Below the pieces are notes generated by a model. That model did no database searches, was not told the origin of the DNA, and worked only from the letters and a program-made list of their open reading frames with translations. A DNA stretch of 64,000 nt from Dehalococcoidia bacterium (GTDB lineage Bacteria > Chloroflexota > Dehalococcoidia > Bin125): positions 1,190,099 to 1,254,098 of the forward strand of contig OZ253456.1 of the NCBI GenBank assembly GCA_965261225.1, written 5' to 3'. How positions within the stretch are numbered: the first letter of the stretch is position 1; each line of letters begins with the position of its first letter. This document shows positions 37,021 to 45,367 of the stretch, piece by piece. The position numbers and the translations under genes are program-made.

Positions 37021-38035
37021 GTGTCCTGAGTCGGGAATACGGTTGAGATATGCGGCGAGGTTGTCGAAGATCTGGTCGGCGGTCTTGTGTCAGACGAAGG
37101 GGCGCGGATGTTCGTTCCAGCCGGCGACCCAGCGTTCGATGTCGCCGGTCAGGTCAGACACGCGACAGTGGGCGCCGCGCCGGAGCCATTTGGTGGTCAG
37201 TTCGGCGAACCAGCGCTCAACCAGGTTCATCCAGGAGGTGGGCGTGAAGTGAAAGCGGAAGCGGGGATGACGCTGGAGCCAACGCTGGATCTCGGCGGTG
37301 CGGTGGGTGGCCACGTTGTCCAAGACGACATGCACGGCGAGTTCGTCGGGTACCTGCTCGTCAATCAGGTCGAGGCAGCGCCGGAACTCGCGGGCCCGGT
37401 GTCGCGGAGTCAGGTCGGCGATCACGTGTCGCGAGGCGATATCCAGCGCCGCGTAGAGATTGGTGGCCCCGTGACGCACGTAGCCGTGAGTCTGACGGCG
37501 AGGCGCCGCCGGGCAGCATCGGCCGCGTCGCAGCGGTGCGGTCAAGCGCCTGGATCTGGGTTTGCTCGTCCACGCACAGCACGACCGCCGCGTCGGGCGG
37601 GTCGACCAATGGGTCGCGTGGCGCGGTTGCTGTTCCAGCGTCTTGACGATCACCGCTTCCACCTGCTCATCGCCGATCGTGCGGGGCGCGTCGGGACGCG
37701 GCTCATCGCTCAGCCCATCCAGCCGCCGCTGGGCGAAGCGTCGCCGCCACTTGCCGGCCGTGACCGGATGGCAACCGAGCGCCGCGCCGATCTCAGTATG
37801 CGCCTGCCCGGCCGCCGCCGCGAGCACAATCCGGCTGCGTAGCGCCAAGGCCTGCGCCGTGCTCGGTCGGCGCGCCCAGCGCTCCAGCGTCTCTCGCTCC
37901 TCCGCACTCAACACGATCGTCACCGTCGGGCGGCCCTGTCGGGTACGCATGACACTCCAGCGAAAGCCCCGGACGGCCAAACCGGCTCCATCAACACCAG
38001 ACCCCGTTGTTCATCGCATTAGCGACTCAGGACAC
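37021..38035. mobile_element. IS630-family insertion sequence, degenerate (about 1.0 kb)
   Basis: The terminal inverted repeats are (C)TAGTGTCCTGAGTCG at 37018-37033 and CGACTCAGGACACTG at 38023-38037. The flanking dinucleotides are TA and TG, consistent with IS630 TA-target duplication allowing one mismatch. Confidence 0.65.
37090..37980 (-). pseudogene. IS630-family transposase with an internal deletion and frame change
   Basis: The N-terminal HTH region (RSRIVLAAAAGQAHTEIGAALGCHPVTAGKWRRRF) and the C-terminal DDE region (HVVLDNVATHRTAEIQRWLQRHPRFRFHFTPTSWMNLVERWFAEL) are present. The central ALVLCVDE...QALDRT segment is readable only in another frame (ORF 37361-37609), and about 50 aa are missing ahead of it. 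Confidence 0.7.
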
Positions 38036-38139
38036 TGGGGAGTATCCCGTTCCGGGCGGGGCGACCGCCCCACCCAGACACCCCGTGTATCGGGACTTCT
38101 CCGATTGCTGGCCGGGGCCTGCGATGACGCATGATCGGG

Positions 38140-41100
38140 CTACCCGTCCGGTCCGACGACGGTAAACTCCAACCCGTTGGAGAGCTTCCTGCCGTCACCG
38201 GTGCAGATGGCCCCCTGGTCGTCGCAGTCATTGGTGACGGGAAGGACGATGGTCACGTTCCCGTTGGCGTGCGGTTGCACAGTGATTCGCCACTGGATGT
38301 TGCTAGGCTTTTCCACCCGCTGCGCTTTCTTCACCGTTCCCCCAGTCACCGTGAACGCATCAAACTTCAGGTTCCTGAAGCTCAGCGCGACCTCCTCGCT
38401 GAAGCGGATTTCGAACGTGAATACGTCAGTGCCGTTGTGAATAGTGGGATTGTTCTCCAAGCTGACGGTCAGCGGGATGAGAGCCGCCGTCACCGCGTCC
38501 GTTGCGGCGCTGGTCAAAGACTCCGCGTTGCTCCGGTCGTCGATGAAGTTCACCCGTACCTGAATGGTCTGTCCCTGCTCGCTGGACGTGAGGGTGTAGG
38601 CGGAGCCCGTGGCTCCGGCGATGTCCGACCCACCGGCAACCCACTGGTAGGTGAAGGTGGCGCCAACGAGCCCGTCAGCGTCAGCGATGCCGGAGGTGTT
38701 CGCCGTCAACGTCTCGCCAACCTGGGCGGTGCCGATGATTGTCGGCGCTGCGGTGGCGGGGCTGTTGGGCGCGGCGTCTACTGCTGCCGTCGCCGCGCTG
38801 GTCAGCGTCTCCCCGTTGTCGGCGTCGTCGGTAAAGGACACCTTAACCTTGATGGTCCTGCCCTCGTCGTCGGCAGCCAGGGAGTAGGTAGAGCCCGTCG
38901 CGCTTGTGATGTCCGAGTCCGAGCTACCGTCGTTTCTTATCCACTGGTAGCTGAAGGACACGTTGCTCAGCCCGTCGGCGTCGGCGATGGCAGAGGTGTC
39001 CGCCGTCAATGTCTCCCCGACCTGGGCAGCGCCGCTGATGGCGAGAGCCCCGGTGGCCGGGCTGTTGGCTACCTGTTGCTGGACAGCAAAGCTGACCGAA
39101 TCCGTCGCCGCGCTGGTCAGGGATTCTGCGTACCCGCCCCTGTCGGTGAAGGCGACCCGGACCTTGACGATCTTTCCCTCGTCGGCTGCAACCAAGATGT
39201 AGGTAGAGTCGGTTGCGCCCGTGATGTCAGCGTCTGCGCTCCCATCGTTGGTTACCCATTGGAACCGGAACTGCACCTGGTCCAGACCGTTTCCGTCCTC
39301 TATTCCCGTCGTATCGGCGGTGAAGCTCTCTCCGACCTGCGCCGTGCCATTGATGACAGGCGCGCCACTGGCCGTCACGTTGTCCGGCCTGGCCTGTTTG
39401 CCCAACGAAGATTGGTTCGTGGAGCCCACTTGCCTGAAATCGGACCAATCCGAGGAGCTGTGAGCGTTTCTGGCACGTACCTGGAACCAGTGCGTGGAGC
39501 CGGGGTCCAGTTTGCTGATGATGCCCCCCGCCCCGTAGAACGCGATCTCAACGCCGTCTCCCGGCAGGTCCATCCACTGGCCGTTCCGGAACAGCTGCAC
39601 GTCGTAGGAATCGGCCCCCGGCACATCGTTCCACTCCAGGTCTACGCCCCCGACGAAGACCGCAGTCCCGACCGGCCGATCCGGAGTGTCCGGAGCGCTG
39701 ACCGGCGGCGGCGGCGGTCCGGCTATCTGCAGGGCGGGAGCAACCGTCAGAGTCCCTCCGTCCGCGGTGCAAAGCGCCCCCACCTCGGTACACGCCCGGT
39801 TCAGCGGCGTGAGTATCGACACCGGCCCGTTCCCCGAGGGCTGAAGCGTCAGATCCCAGAGGGTCTTGAGTCCTTCCACCTGCTCTGCGCCGGTCACCGT
39901 CCCACCGAACACCGTCAACGCGTGGTCGCGCATGTCCTCGGGCGTTATCTCCACGTCCTCGCTGAAGGCCATCCGCAGCGTGAACGCGCTCGACCCGTCA
40001 TGGGACAACGGCGGGTTCTCGAAGGCTGCCATCAGTGGCTCGGCCGCGGTCGCCATGGACGCAGCGGCTTTGGTAATCCAGAGCTGGTACACCCTCCGAT
40101 CGAAGGCGGTATGCCCTTCGACTCTAGCGTTCGGGCCAATGACCCAGATCGACCTGTAGCGATTCTGTCTGCCCAACTTGAGGTCGAACCTGTCCATCTC
40201 GAGGTCGAACTGAACGCCGGCCAGGTCCGGGTCCTCGTCGATAGCATCCAGCCGGACCGTCTCGGTGCGCATCAGGCGCACGTCCGGGTCGGGTGAGTTC
40301 TTCTCCACAGACACCGTTACCGCGGTCGTGCCGGAGGACACCCTGATCTTGAAGGTGGCTGCATTCGTGCCCAGGTGAAAACCCGGTGTGAACGAGAGCA
40401 GCGTCCCGTTGACCGGCGTCACCGTGAGCGTCTTCAGTCTCACATCCGCCGCCGGGCCGCCGCCACCTTCTCCCCGACGGACCGTCACTCTGTAGGTCTT
40501 GGTCTCGTTGCCGTCCGCCGAGGTGACGGTCACCCTCCAGGTGGTGGAGCCTTCCGGCACGTCGAGCTTCGCCGTGGCGCCGCCGTCCCAGCGGTCGCCG
40601 GCGGTGAAGGTGCCGGCGGGACCGGTGACGACGACCGTGGCGCCCGTGGCGTAGGGCGCTGCCTGCATGGTCAGCTCACTGAAGGAGTGGCGCCCGTCGT
40701 AACTGTAGGTGTCTGACCCTATCCCGCCGAGCCAGATTCCGCCCTTCGTCGTGAGCCACAGCTTCGACAGCCGCGCATCGTCCTCCTTGCCCACCCAGCG
40801 CTTGATTTCCTGCCCCAACGCATCGCCGGCAGCGGTGCAGATGGGGTGGCCGGAGGAACTGCAGTCCAGGGTTTGCCGCACGCGGATGCGGACCGGATCC
40901 CCCGAGCTGGGCGTGATCGTCATCGTGAAGTTCCGCTTGCTGCTGCCCACCGCGGCGAGGTCGCTCTTGGTCCCGTTCTTGATCCCGACTGCCCCGTCGA
41001 GGTTGTCGATCGAGTCGTCGGAGATGTCCTTGTTGAACTTGAGCGTCACCGAGAACGCCGTGCTCCCGTCGTGGGACGACGGCAGGTTCTCGATCCGCCC

Positions 41101-42198
41101 ACTGAGTCCCCCGCCGCGGTCCACGATCACCGTGTAGACCTTCATGGTGCTGTCGTCCGGCGCCGTGACCTGCACGGTGAAGGTGTTGAGGCCGGGCGAG
41201 ACATCCCCATAAATCTCGTCTGCGTCCCCGGTGTCCTCTTGCGTGCTCCCGTCGGGACGGGTTACCACCAACTCGGCGCCGGCTTCGGTCGCCGTCGCAC
41301 TCAAGATAGCTACCGTGACTCCGCTGGGAACTCCGGCTGTGTACTGGGTCGTGTCCGGGGAGAATGCAGGGTCGAGGGGCGCGTTGTTCGTAATTACCAC
41401 ATCAGTTAAGTAGTCGACTCTGAGGCTTTTCAGCGTCGCATCGTCGGAGGCCATCACGGTCGCCTCCGACAGCTTGACCTCCACCGTATCCCCGACGCTC
41501 CAGCCCCTGCCGGTTTGAACGTCGAGAAATCCATCGCCCTCCGGATCGAGGAAATCGAAACTTCTGCTGCCCAGATCAAGGGTGTAGCCCGAGCCTGAGA
41601 GATCGCCGGTGTAGTACAACTCCAGATAAGTGCCATCGTGGGTGAGCTGGTTCACGGTGATGGGCGAGCCGTTGCGGGTGAATTCATTGGGCGTTAGCGC
41701 GCCATATGAAATGGAGAATGAAGTGGCGAACCCGGTAAAAGCGATTGAGGTTGGGTGCTGCCCGACCGTGAGCGTGGCGCACCAGAGGACGTCGCACTCC
41801 TGGGCCTGCGCCCGGGCCGGTAGGGCCAGGAGCGCGGCGAAGGCCACGAGCAGCAACACGGCCGATATCCGCCAACGTGCGAGAGAACCAACGCGGACGG
41901 ACCGGGCCAGCGCTGCGCCGAGGATGGTTCGGCTGGTCGCGCCGGACCGGGCCGCGTCAGCAGGCTCGGTTGGTGCGGACGCGCGAGGAAGAGCACCGCC
42001 GGACTTACGGGATGCCGCCGGAGGGTTGGCGGCGAGTGGCTCGTCCGCAATCGAAGATTCGTCCACAGCCGACGAGGAACGTTCACCTGACCGGCTGCGC
42101 CGCCAGCGGCTCAGCCCAGTCATGCCACGCCGCCGCCGCAGCGCGTCGAGAACGCGTGATTCGTAGGCGCTGTGCGGCTGCGCAGGCGCGTGCTTCAT
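38140..42198 (-). CDS. Giant adhesin-like surface protein (about 1350 aa) with an Arg-rich N-terminal leader plus hydrophobic anchor, cadherin-like beta-sandwich domains, an FN3 domain and Ig-like YQW repeats
   Basis: The listed ORF runs to 42327, but homology with the divergent paralog places the start at MKHAPAQ (42198). The leader is RWRRSRSGERSSS...RISAVLLLVAFAALLALPARAQAQ. Downstream features include the CDVLWCATLTVGQ motif, LKSLRVD...FSPD...YTA cadherin-like patterns, and three YSYQWIRNDGS...GATxSTY...VKVSFTDD repeats. Confidence 0.7.
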   Translation of the reverse strand: MKHAPAQPHSAYESRVLDALRRRRGMTGLSRWRRSRSGERSSSAVDESSIADEPLAANPPAASRKSGGALPRASAPTEPADAARSGATSRTILGAALARSVRVGSLARWRISAVLLLVAFAALLALPARAQAQECDVLWCATLTVGQHPTSIAFTGFATSFSISYGALTPNEFTRNGSPITVNQLTHDGTYLELYYTGDLSGSGYTLDLGSRSFDFLDPEGDGFLDVQTGRGWSVGDTVEVKLSEATVMASDDATLKSLRVDYLTDVVITNNAPLDPAFSPDTTQYTAGVPSGVTVAILSATATEAGAELVVTRPDGSTQEDTGDADEIYGDVSPGLNTFTVQVTAPDDSTMKVYTVIVDRGGGLSGRIENLPSSHDGSTAFSVTLKFNKDISDDSIDNLDGAVGIKNGTKSDLAAVGSSKRNFTMTITPSSGDPVRIRVRQTLDCSSSGHPICTAAGDALGQEIKRWVGKEDDARLSKLWLTTKGGIWLGGIGSDTYSYDGRHSFSELTMQAAPYATGATVVVTGPAGTFTAGDRWDGGATAKLDVPEGSTTWRVTVTSADGNETKTYRVTVRRGEGGGGPAADVRLKTLTVTPVNGTLLSFTPGFHLGTNAATFKIRVSSGTTAVTVSVEKNSPDPDVRLMRTETVRLDAIDEDPDLAGVQFDLEMDRFDLKLGRQNRYRSIWVIGPNARVEGHTAFDRRVYQLWITKAAASMATAAEPLMAAFENPPLSHDGSSAFTLRMAFSEDVEITPEDMRDHALTVFGGTVTGAEQVEGLKTLWDLTLQPSGNGPVSILTPLNRACTEVGALCTADGGTLTVAPALQIAGPPPPPVSAPDTPDRPVGTAVFVGGVDLEWNDVPGADSYDVQLFRNGQWMDLPGDGVEIAFYGAGGIISKLDPGSTHWFQVRARNAHSSSDWSDFRQVGSTNQSSLGKQARPDNVTASGAPVINGTAQVGESFTADTTGIEDGNGLDQVQFRFQWVTNDGSADADITGATDSTYILVAADEGKIVKVRVAFTDRGGYAESLTSAATDSVSFAVQQQVANSPATGALAISGAAQVGETLTADTSAIADADGLSNVSFSYQWIRNDGSSDSDITSATGSTYSLAADDEGRTIKVKVSFTDDADNGETLTSAATAAVDAAPNSPATAAPTIIGTAQVGETLTANTSGIADADGLVGATFTYQWVAGGSDIAGATGSAYTLTSSEQGQTIQVRVNFIDDRSNAESLTSAATDAVTAALIPLTVSLENNPTIHNGTDVFTFEIRFSEEVALSFRNLKFDAFTVTGGTVKKAQRVEKPSNIQWRITVQPHANGNVTIVLPVTNDCDDQGAICTGDGRKLSNGLEFTVVGPDG

Positions 42199-42351
42199 CC
42201 CAGCCTCCCGTTCCTCATCGACACGCATGCACGGGCTCGGACGCTGTGCACGCACGAGAAGCCGGACCACGCTTGAGCGGGCCCAGACGACTTCCGCCCG
42301 CGGAATCGCATCCTGCACGCGTGACACCGGCGAGGCGAGGCCCAGAGTTCC

Positions 42352-42378
42352 GAACAGATGTGTTATAGCGTGTATAAA
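42352..42378. repeat. Left copy of a 27-bp near-perfect inverted repeat (GAACAGATGTGTTATAGCGTGTATAAA), overlapping a 10-6-10 palindrome GCGTGTATAA-atcttg-TTATGCACGC
   Basis: Its reverse complement matches 43701-43727 at 26 of 27 positions. It lies 154 bp upstream of the 42198 start codon. It is AT-rich relative to the surroundings and contains the near-palindrome AACAGATGTGTT. Confidence 0.7.
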
Positions 42379-42512
42379 TCTTGTTATGCACGCTTTATCT
42401 CCCTTATTCGAGCGTTTACGACCGATATCAACACATCTCTGCGTGGTGTAGCAGTGTATCCACTGCCCAGGGAAATGAGCAAATCACGAGATCCGCGAGG
42501 CGCCCAGCGTGC

Positions 42513-43646
42513 CTAGCCAAGTTGTCTGCGGCGGCCAACACAATATTGCGCCACTGCCCCGCGGGCGGCCGTCTCGTTGCGCGTGTAGAGGGCCGGCATG
42601 GCCGAGTCGCGCCAGCGCCCGGCGGTCATCAGGCTGGTCAGTTCGATCCCGGCGCGGGCCAGGTCCTGGGCCATGCCGACGCGCGGCGAGTGGCCGCTGA
42701 AGCCCGCGCCGAGGCCGGCCGCCGCCGCCGCCTGGCTGATCCGCTCGGCGATCTGATTGGGCCGCAAGGGGAAGAGGCGCTCGTCGCTGTCCGCTCCGCT
42801 GCGCAGTTGTTCAAGCGCAGCCATCGTCTCAGGCGAGATGTAGAGGATCGCGCCGGCCCCCTCGGCGTCCGTCTTCGAGTGCCGGATCAGCAGTCGTCCG
42901 GTGCCGTCGCGCATCAGGCTGATCAGGGCGATATCGAGGAGCCCGCGGTTGCGAGCGGTCTGAGGATATTCAGGCCGCCCGCCCCTGCCCAGGCGGGGCA
43001 TACAGGCCGTTGAGCGTATCTGGTCAAGGGCCGTGTCCGTGAGCGGTCTGGCTTGCTGTTGGCCGCGGCCGAGCTTGCGCCCGGCTCCACGCAAGGTGCG
43101 TTTGACCTCGTCCGAGCTGCAGGGGTCAAACGGTCCCGCGGCGCGGTGCACAAACGCGATCGCCGAAGCGGCGACCCGCAGCGTGGCTGGCTTGTGCTGC
43201 TGGCGTTCGATTCGTTCGGCGAGGTATGCCGCGACCTGAGCGGGTGCGGCCGGCAGCGGGCTGACGGCCTTGGCCTGCGCCCATTCGGCGAAACGGTTCC
43301 ATTGGCCGCGGTAGTTCTTGAGCGTGTTGGCGGGGAATTCGTGCTCCTGCACCGCTTGCAAATCATCGAGCTCGATTTCTGACAGTTCTGAAGCATCCCG
43401 GCCGAACGCACGCCTGGCCGGGGGTGGACCTGGGCCATCGTCGATCAGCCGACGGCGGTCTGGCGACTCGCCCGACGGCGACCACTTCGCGCTCAGCGGA
43501 GGGCTGACGGGCGACCGGCAGTCGAGCTGTGCGGCTCCCGGGGGCAAGTAGCCAGTCTGGTCAAGCACAAGGTTTGGCCGATTCTCCGCCGTTTGCGTCG
43601 GACGGTCGGGTTCCAGTTTGGAGACGTGAACGGTCTTTAGAAGCAT
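42513..43646 (-). CDS. Tyrosine-type site-specific recombinase (XerC/D and phage-integrase family)
   Basis: The C-terminal catalytic signature is HSPRVGMAQDLARAGIELTSLMTAGRWRDSAMPALYTRN (H-x-x-R, W and the nucleophile Tyr). The core-binding region is LQAVQEHEFPANTLKNYRGQWNRFAEWA. The gene lies entirely between the two 27-bp inverted repeats. Confidence 0.8.
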   Translation of the reverse strand: MLLKTVHVSKLEPDRPTQTAENRPNLVLDQTGYLPPGAAQLDCRSPVSPPLSAKWSPSGESPDRRRLIDDGPGPPPARRAFGRDASELSEIELDDLQAVQEHEFPANTLKNYRGQWNRFAEWAQAKAVSPLPAAPAQVAAYLAERIERQQHKPATLRVAASAIAFVHRAAGPFDPCSSDEVKRTLRGAGRKLGRGQQQARPLTDTALDQIRSTACMPRLGRGGRPEYPQTARNRGLLDIALISLMRDGTGRLLIRHSKTDAEGAGAILYISPETMAALEQLRSGADSDERLFPLRPNQIAERISQAAAAAGLGAGFSGHSPRVGMAQDLARAGIELTSLMTAGRWRDSAMPALYTRNETAARGAVAQYCVGRRRQLG

Positions 43647-43700
43647 GTAGATACCAGATGTGTAGGTACCGAGTTGTTAGCTAAACCGTGTATAACTGCA

Positions 43701-43727
43701 TTTATACACGCTATAACACATGTGTTC
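43701..43727. repeat. Right copy of the 27-bp inverted repeat (TTTATACACGCTATAACACATGTGTTC), adjacent to the palindrome CCGTGTATAA-ctgcat-TTATACACGC (43686-43711); contains the perfect palindrome AACACATGTGTT
   Basis: It lies 154 bp upstream of the 43881 start codon, the same spacing as the left copy. Flanking DNA shows only about 70% identity between the two arms, which makes this conserved core stand out. Confidence 0.7.
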
Positions 43728-43880
43728 TGCCTTCTGACCCTGGTCCGCTGGAGTGACGCGTCGTCGTCGCGACGCCCTCGGGCGGCTTGCCGCCTGAGCG
43801 CCGTCATGCACGAGGGGACCACCCAGGTCGGTGCGGCGTCGAGCACTCGCACGCGTGCCGGCTGAACAGGAGACGCCGGG

Positions 43881-44972
43881 ATGAAGAACTACCCTGCGCT
43901 GTCGCCCAGCGCCAGTGATTCGCGTCTGTTTGATGCGCAGCGGAGCCGTGGCATACCGCGGTTGAGCTGGTGGCGGCGCAGCCGGCCGGGCGGACGTTCC
44001 TCGTCGGGGGCGGACGAAGCTTCGATCTCGGACGAACCGCTCGCCGCCAACCTTCCGGCGGCATCCGCTGAGCCAGGTGCCGGGTCTGTTTCCGGCGCGT
44101 CCGCACCGACTGAGCCTGCCGCCGCAGCCCGGAACGGCGCTGCCCGGTTCGGCGCGACCAGCCGAACCATCCTCGGCGCCGCCCGTGCCCGGTCCGTCCG
44201 CGTTGGCGCTCTCGCAGGTTGGCGGATATCGGCCGTGCTGCTGCTCGTGGCCTTCGCCGCGCTCCTGGCCCTGCCGGCGCAGGCGCAAACGGCGGGCACG
44301 CTGGTCTCGAATCTGGAGCAGACCGACACTTCCGGGTCCACTTCGCAGCTGGCACAGGCCTTCGACACCGGCTCGAACGCCGCTGGTTACGGGTTGACCA
44401 GCGTCACTCTCAGACTGGCCGGGGCAGAGCAAAATCCTGGCAGAGGCGCCCTGGTACGAATCACGCCAGCGACCAGCAGCGGCCCGGACTTGAGCGACTC
44501 GACCAAGATCATCACGCTAACCACTCCGACGTTGACGACGGACGCCGACAATGTATTCACCGCGCCTGCCGGCGCCACGTTGGACGCGGACAGCACCTAC
44601 ATGGTCGTGGTCACGAGCGCTGACGGCACTGACGGTAATCGATTTCCTGTGGGGCGGACCCGATCAACCGGAACGGACAGCGACAGCGATCCCGAGTGGG
44701 ACATTGCCGATACCAGGTTCTTTAGAGACGACAACACAGATACCTGGTCTACAAGCAGCACCCTTCTCCAGTTCAAGATATCGGGCACCGCCAGCGTCGG
44801 CCCCACCGAGGTCCCCAGTGACTGGAGCCTGATCCCCACCGGCCTGACCACCGGCGACCAGTTCCGGCTGATCTTCCTCTCCTCGACCAAGCGCGACGGC
44901 GAGGCCACCGACATCGCGACCTACAACAGCTTCATCCAGACCCGCGCCGCGGCCGGCCACACCGACAGCTAG
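43881..44972 (+). CDS. Giant adhesin-like protein 2, N-terminal segment (Arg-rich leader plus anchor, VSNLEQTD...AQAFDTG N-domain); ends at an in-frame TAG (44970-44972)
   Basis: The leader MKNYPALSPSAS...RWRRSRPGGRSSS...RISAVLLLVAFAALLALPAQAQ is about 65% identical to the leader of the 38140-42198 protein. The same frame reopens after the TAG (45048-45410, IYWLNGAKVADDYADFYDEDWDEE...). Confidence 0.6.
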   Translation: MKNYPALSPSASDSRLFDAQRSRGIPRLSWWRRSRPGGRSSSGADEASISDEPLAANLPAASAEPGAGSVSGASAPTEPAAAARNGAARFGATSRTILGAARARSVRVGALAGWRISAVLLLVAFAALLALPAQAQTAGTLVSNLEQTDTSGSTSQLAQAFDTGSNAAGYGLTSVTLRLAGAEQNPGRGALVRITPATSSGPDLSDSTKIITLTTPTLTTDADNVFTAPAGATLDADSTYMVVVTSADGTDGNRFPVGRTRSTGTDSDSDPEWDIADTRFFRDDNTDTWSTSSTLLQFKISGTASVGPTEVPSDWSLIPTGLTTGDQFRLIFLSSTKRDGEATDIATYNSFIQTRAAAGHTDS

Positions 44973-45367
44973 ACCTACAGCGCCGGCTTCAGCGTCGTCG
45001 GTTGCACCGCAGACGTCGACGCCCGCGACAACACCGGCACGATCGGCGTGGGCGTCCCGATCTACTGGCTCAACGGGGCCAAGGTCGCCGACGACTACGC
45101 GGATTTCTACGACGAGGACTGGGACGAGGAGCGCCACAACCAGAATAAGAACGAGTTAGGCGCCAACGGCCCCGACACCGGCAGCAGCGGCAACTACCCC
45201 CGCACCGGCTGCGACCACGACGGCACCGAGGCTTTCACCCCGGGCGGGTCTTCAGTGCCGCTCGGATCGACCGCTGACACCACGCGCGTTGGCCGTCCCA
45301 ACTCATCCACGAGCAGCGAGGGCCCCTCAGTAGCGGCACCCTCGCGGACTCCGACAAAAACCGCCCC

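Noticed and set aside
38131-40296. 721-aa plus-strand ORF antisense to the 38140-42198 adhesin gene
   Set aside because: It has shadow-ORF composition (Arg/Gly/Pro-rich) and no motifs. The minus-strand frame carries recognisable cadherin-like and Ig-like domains.
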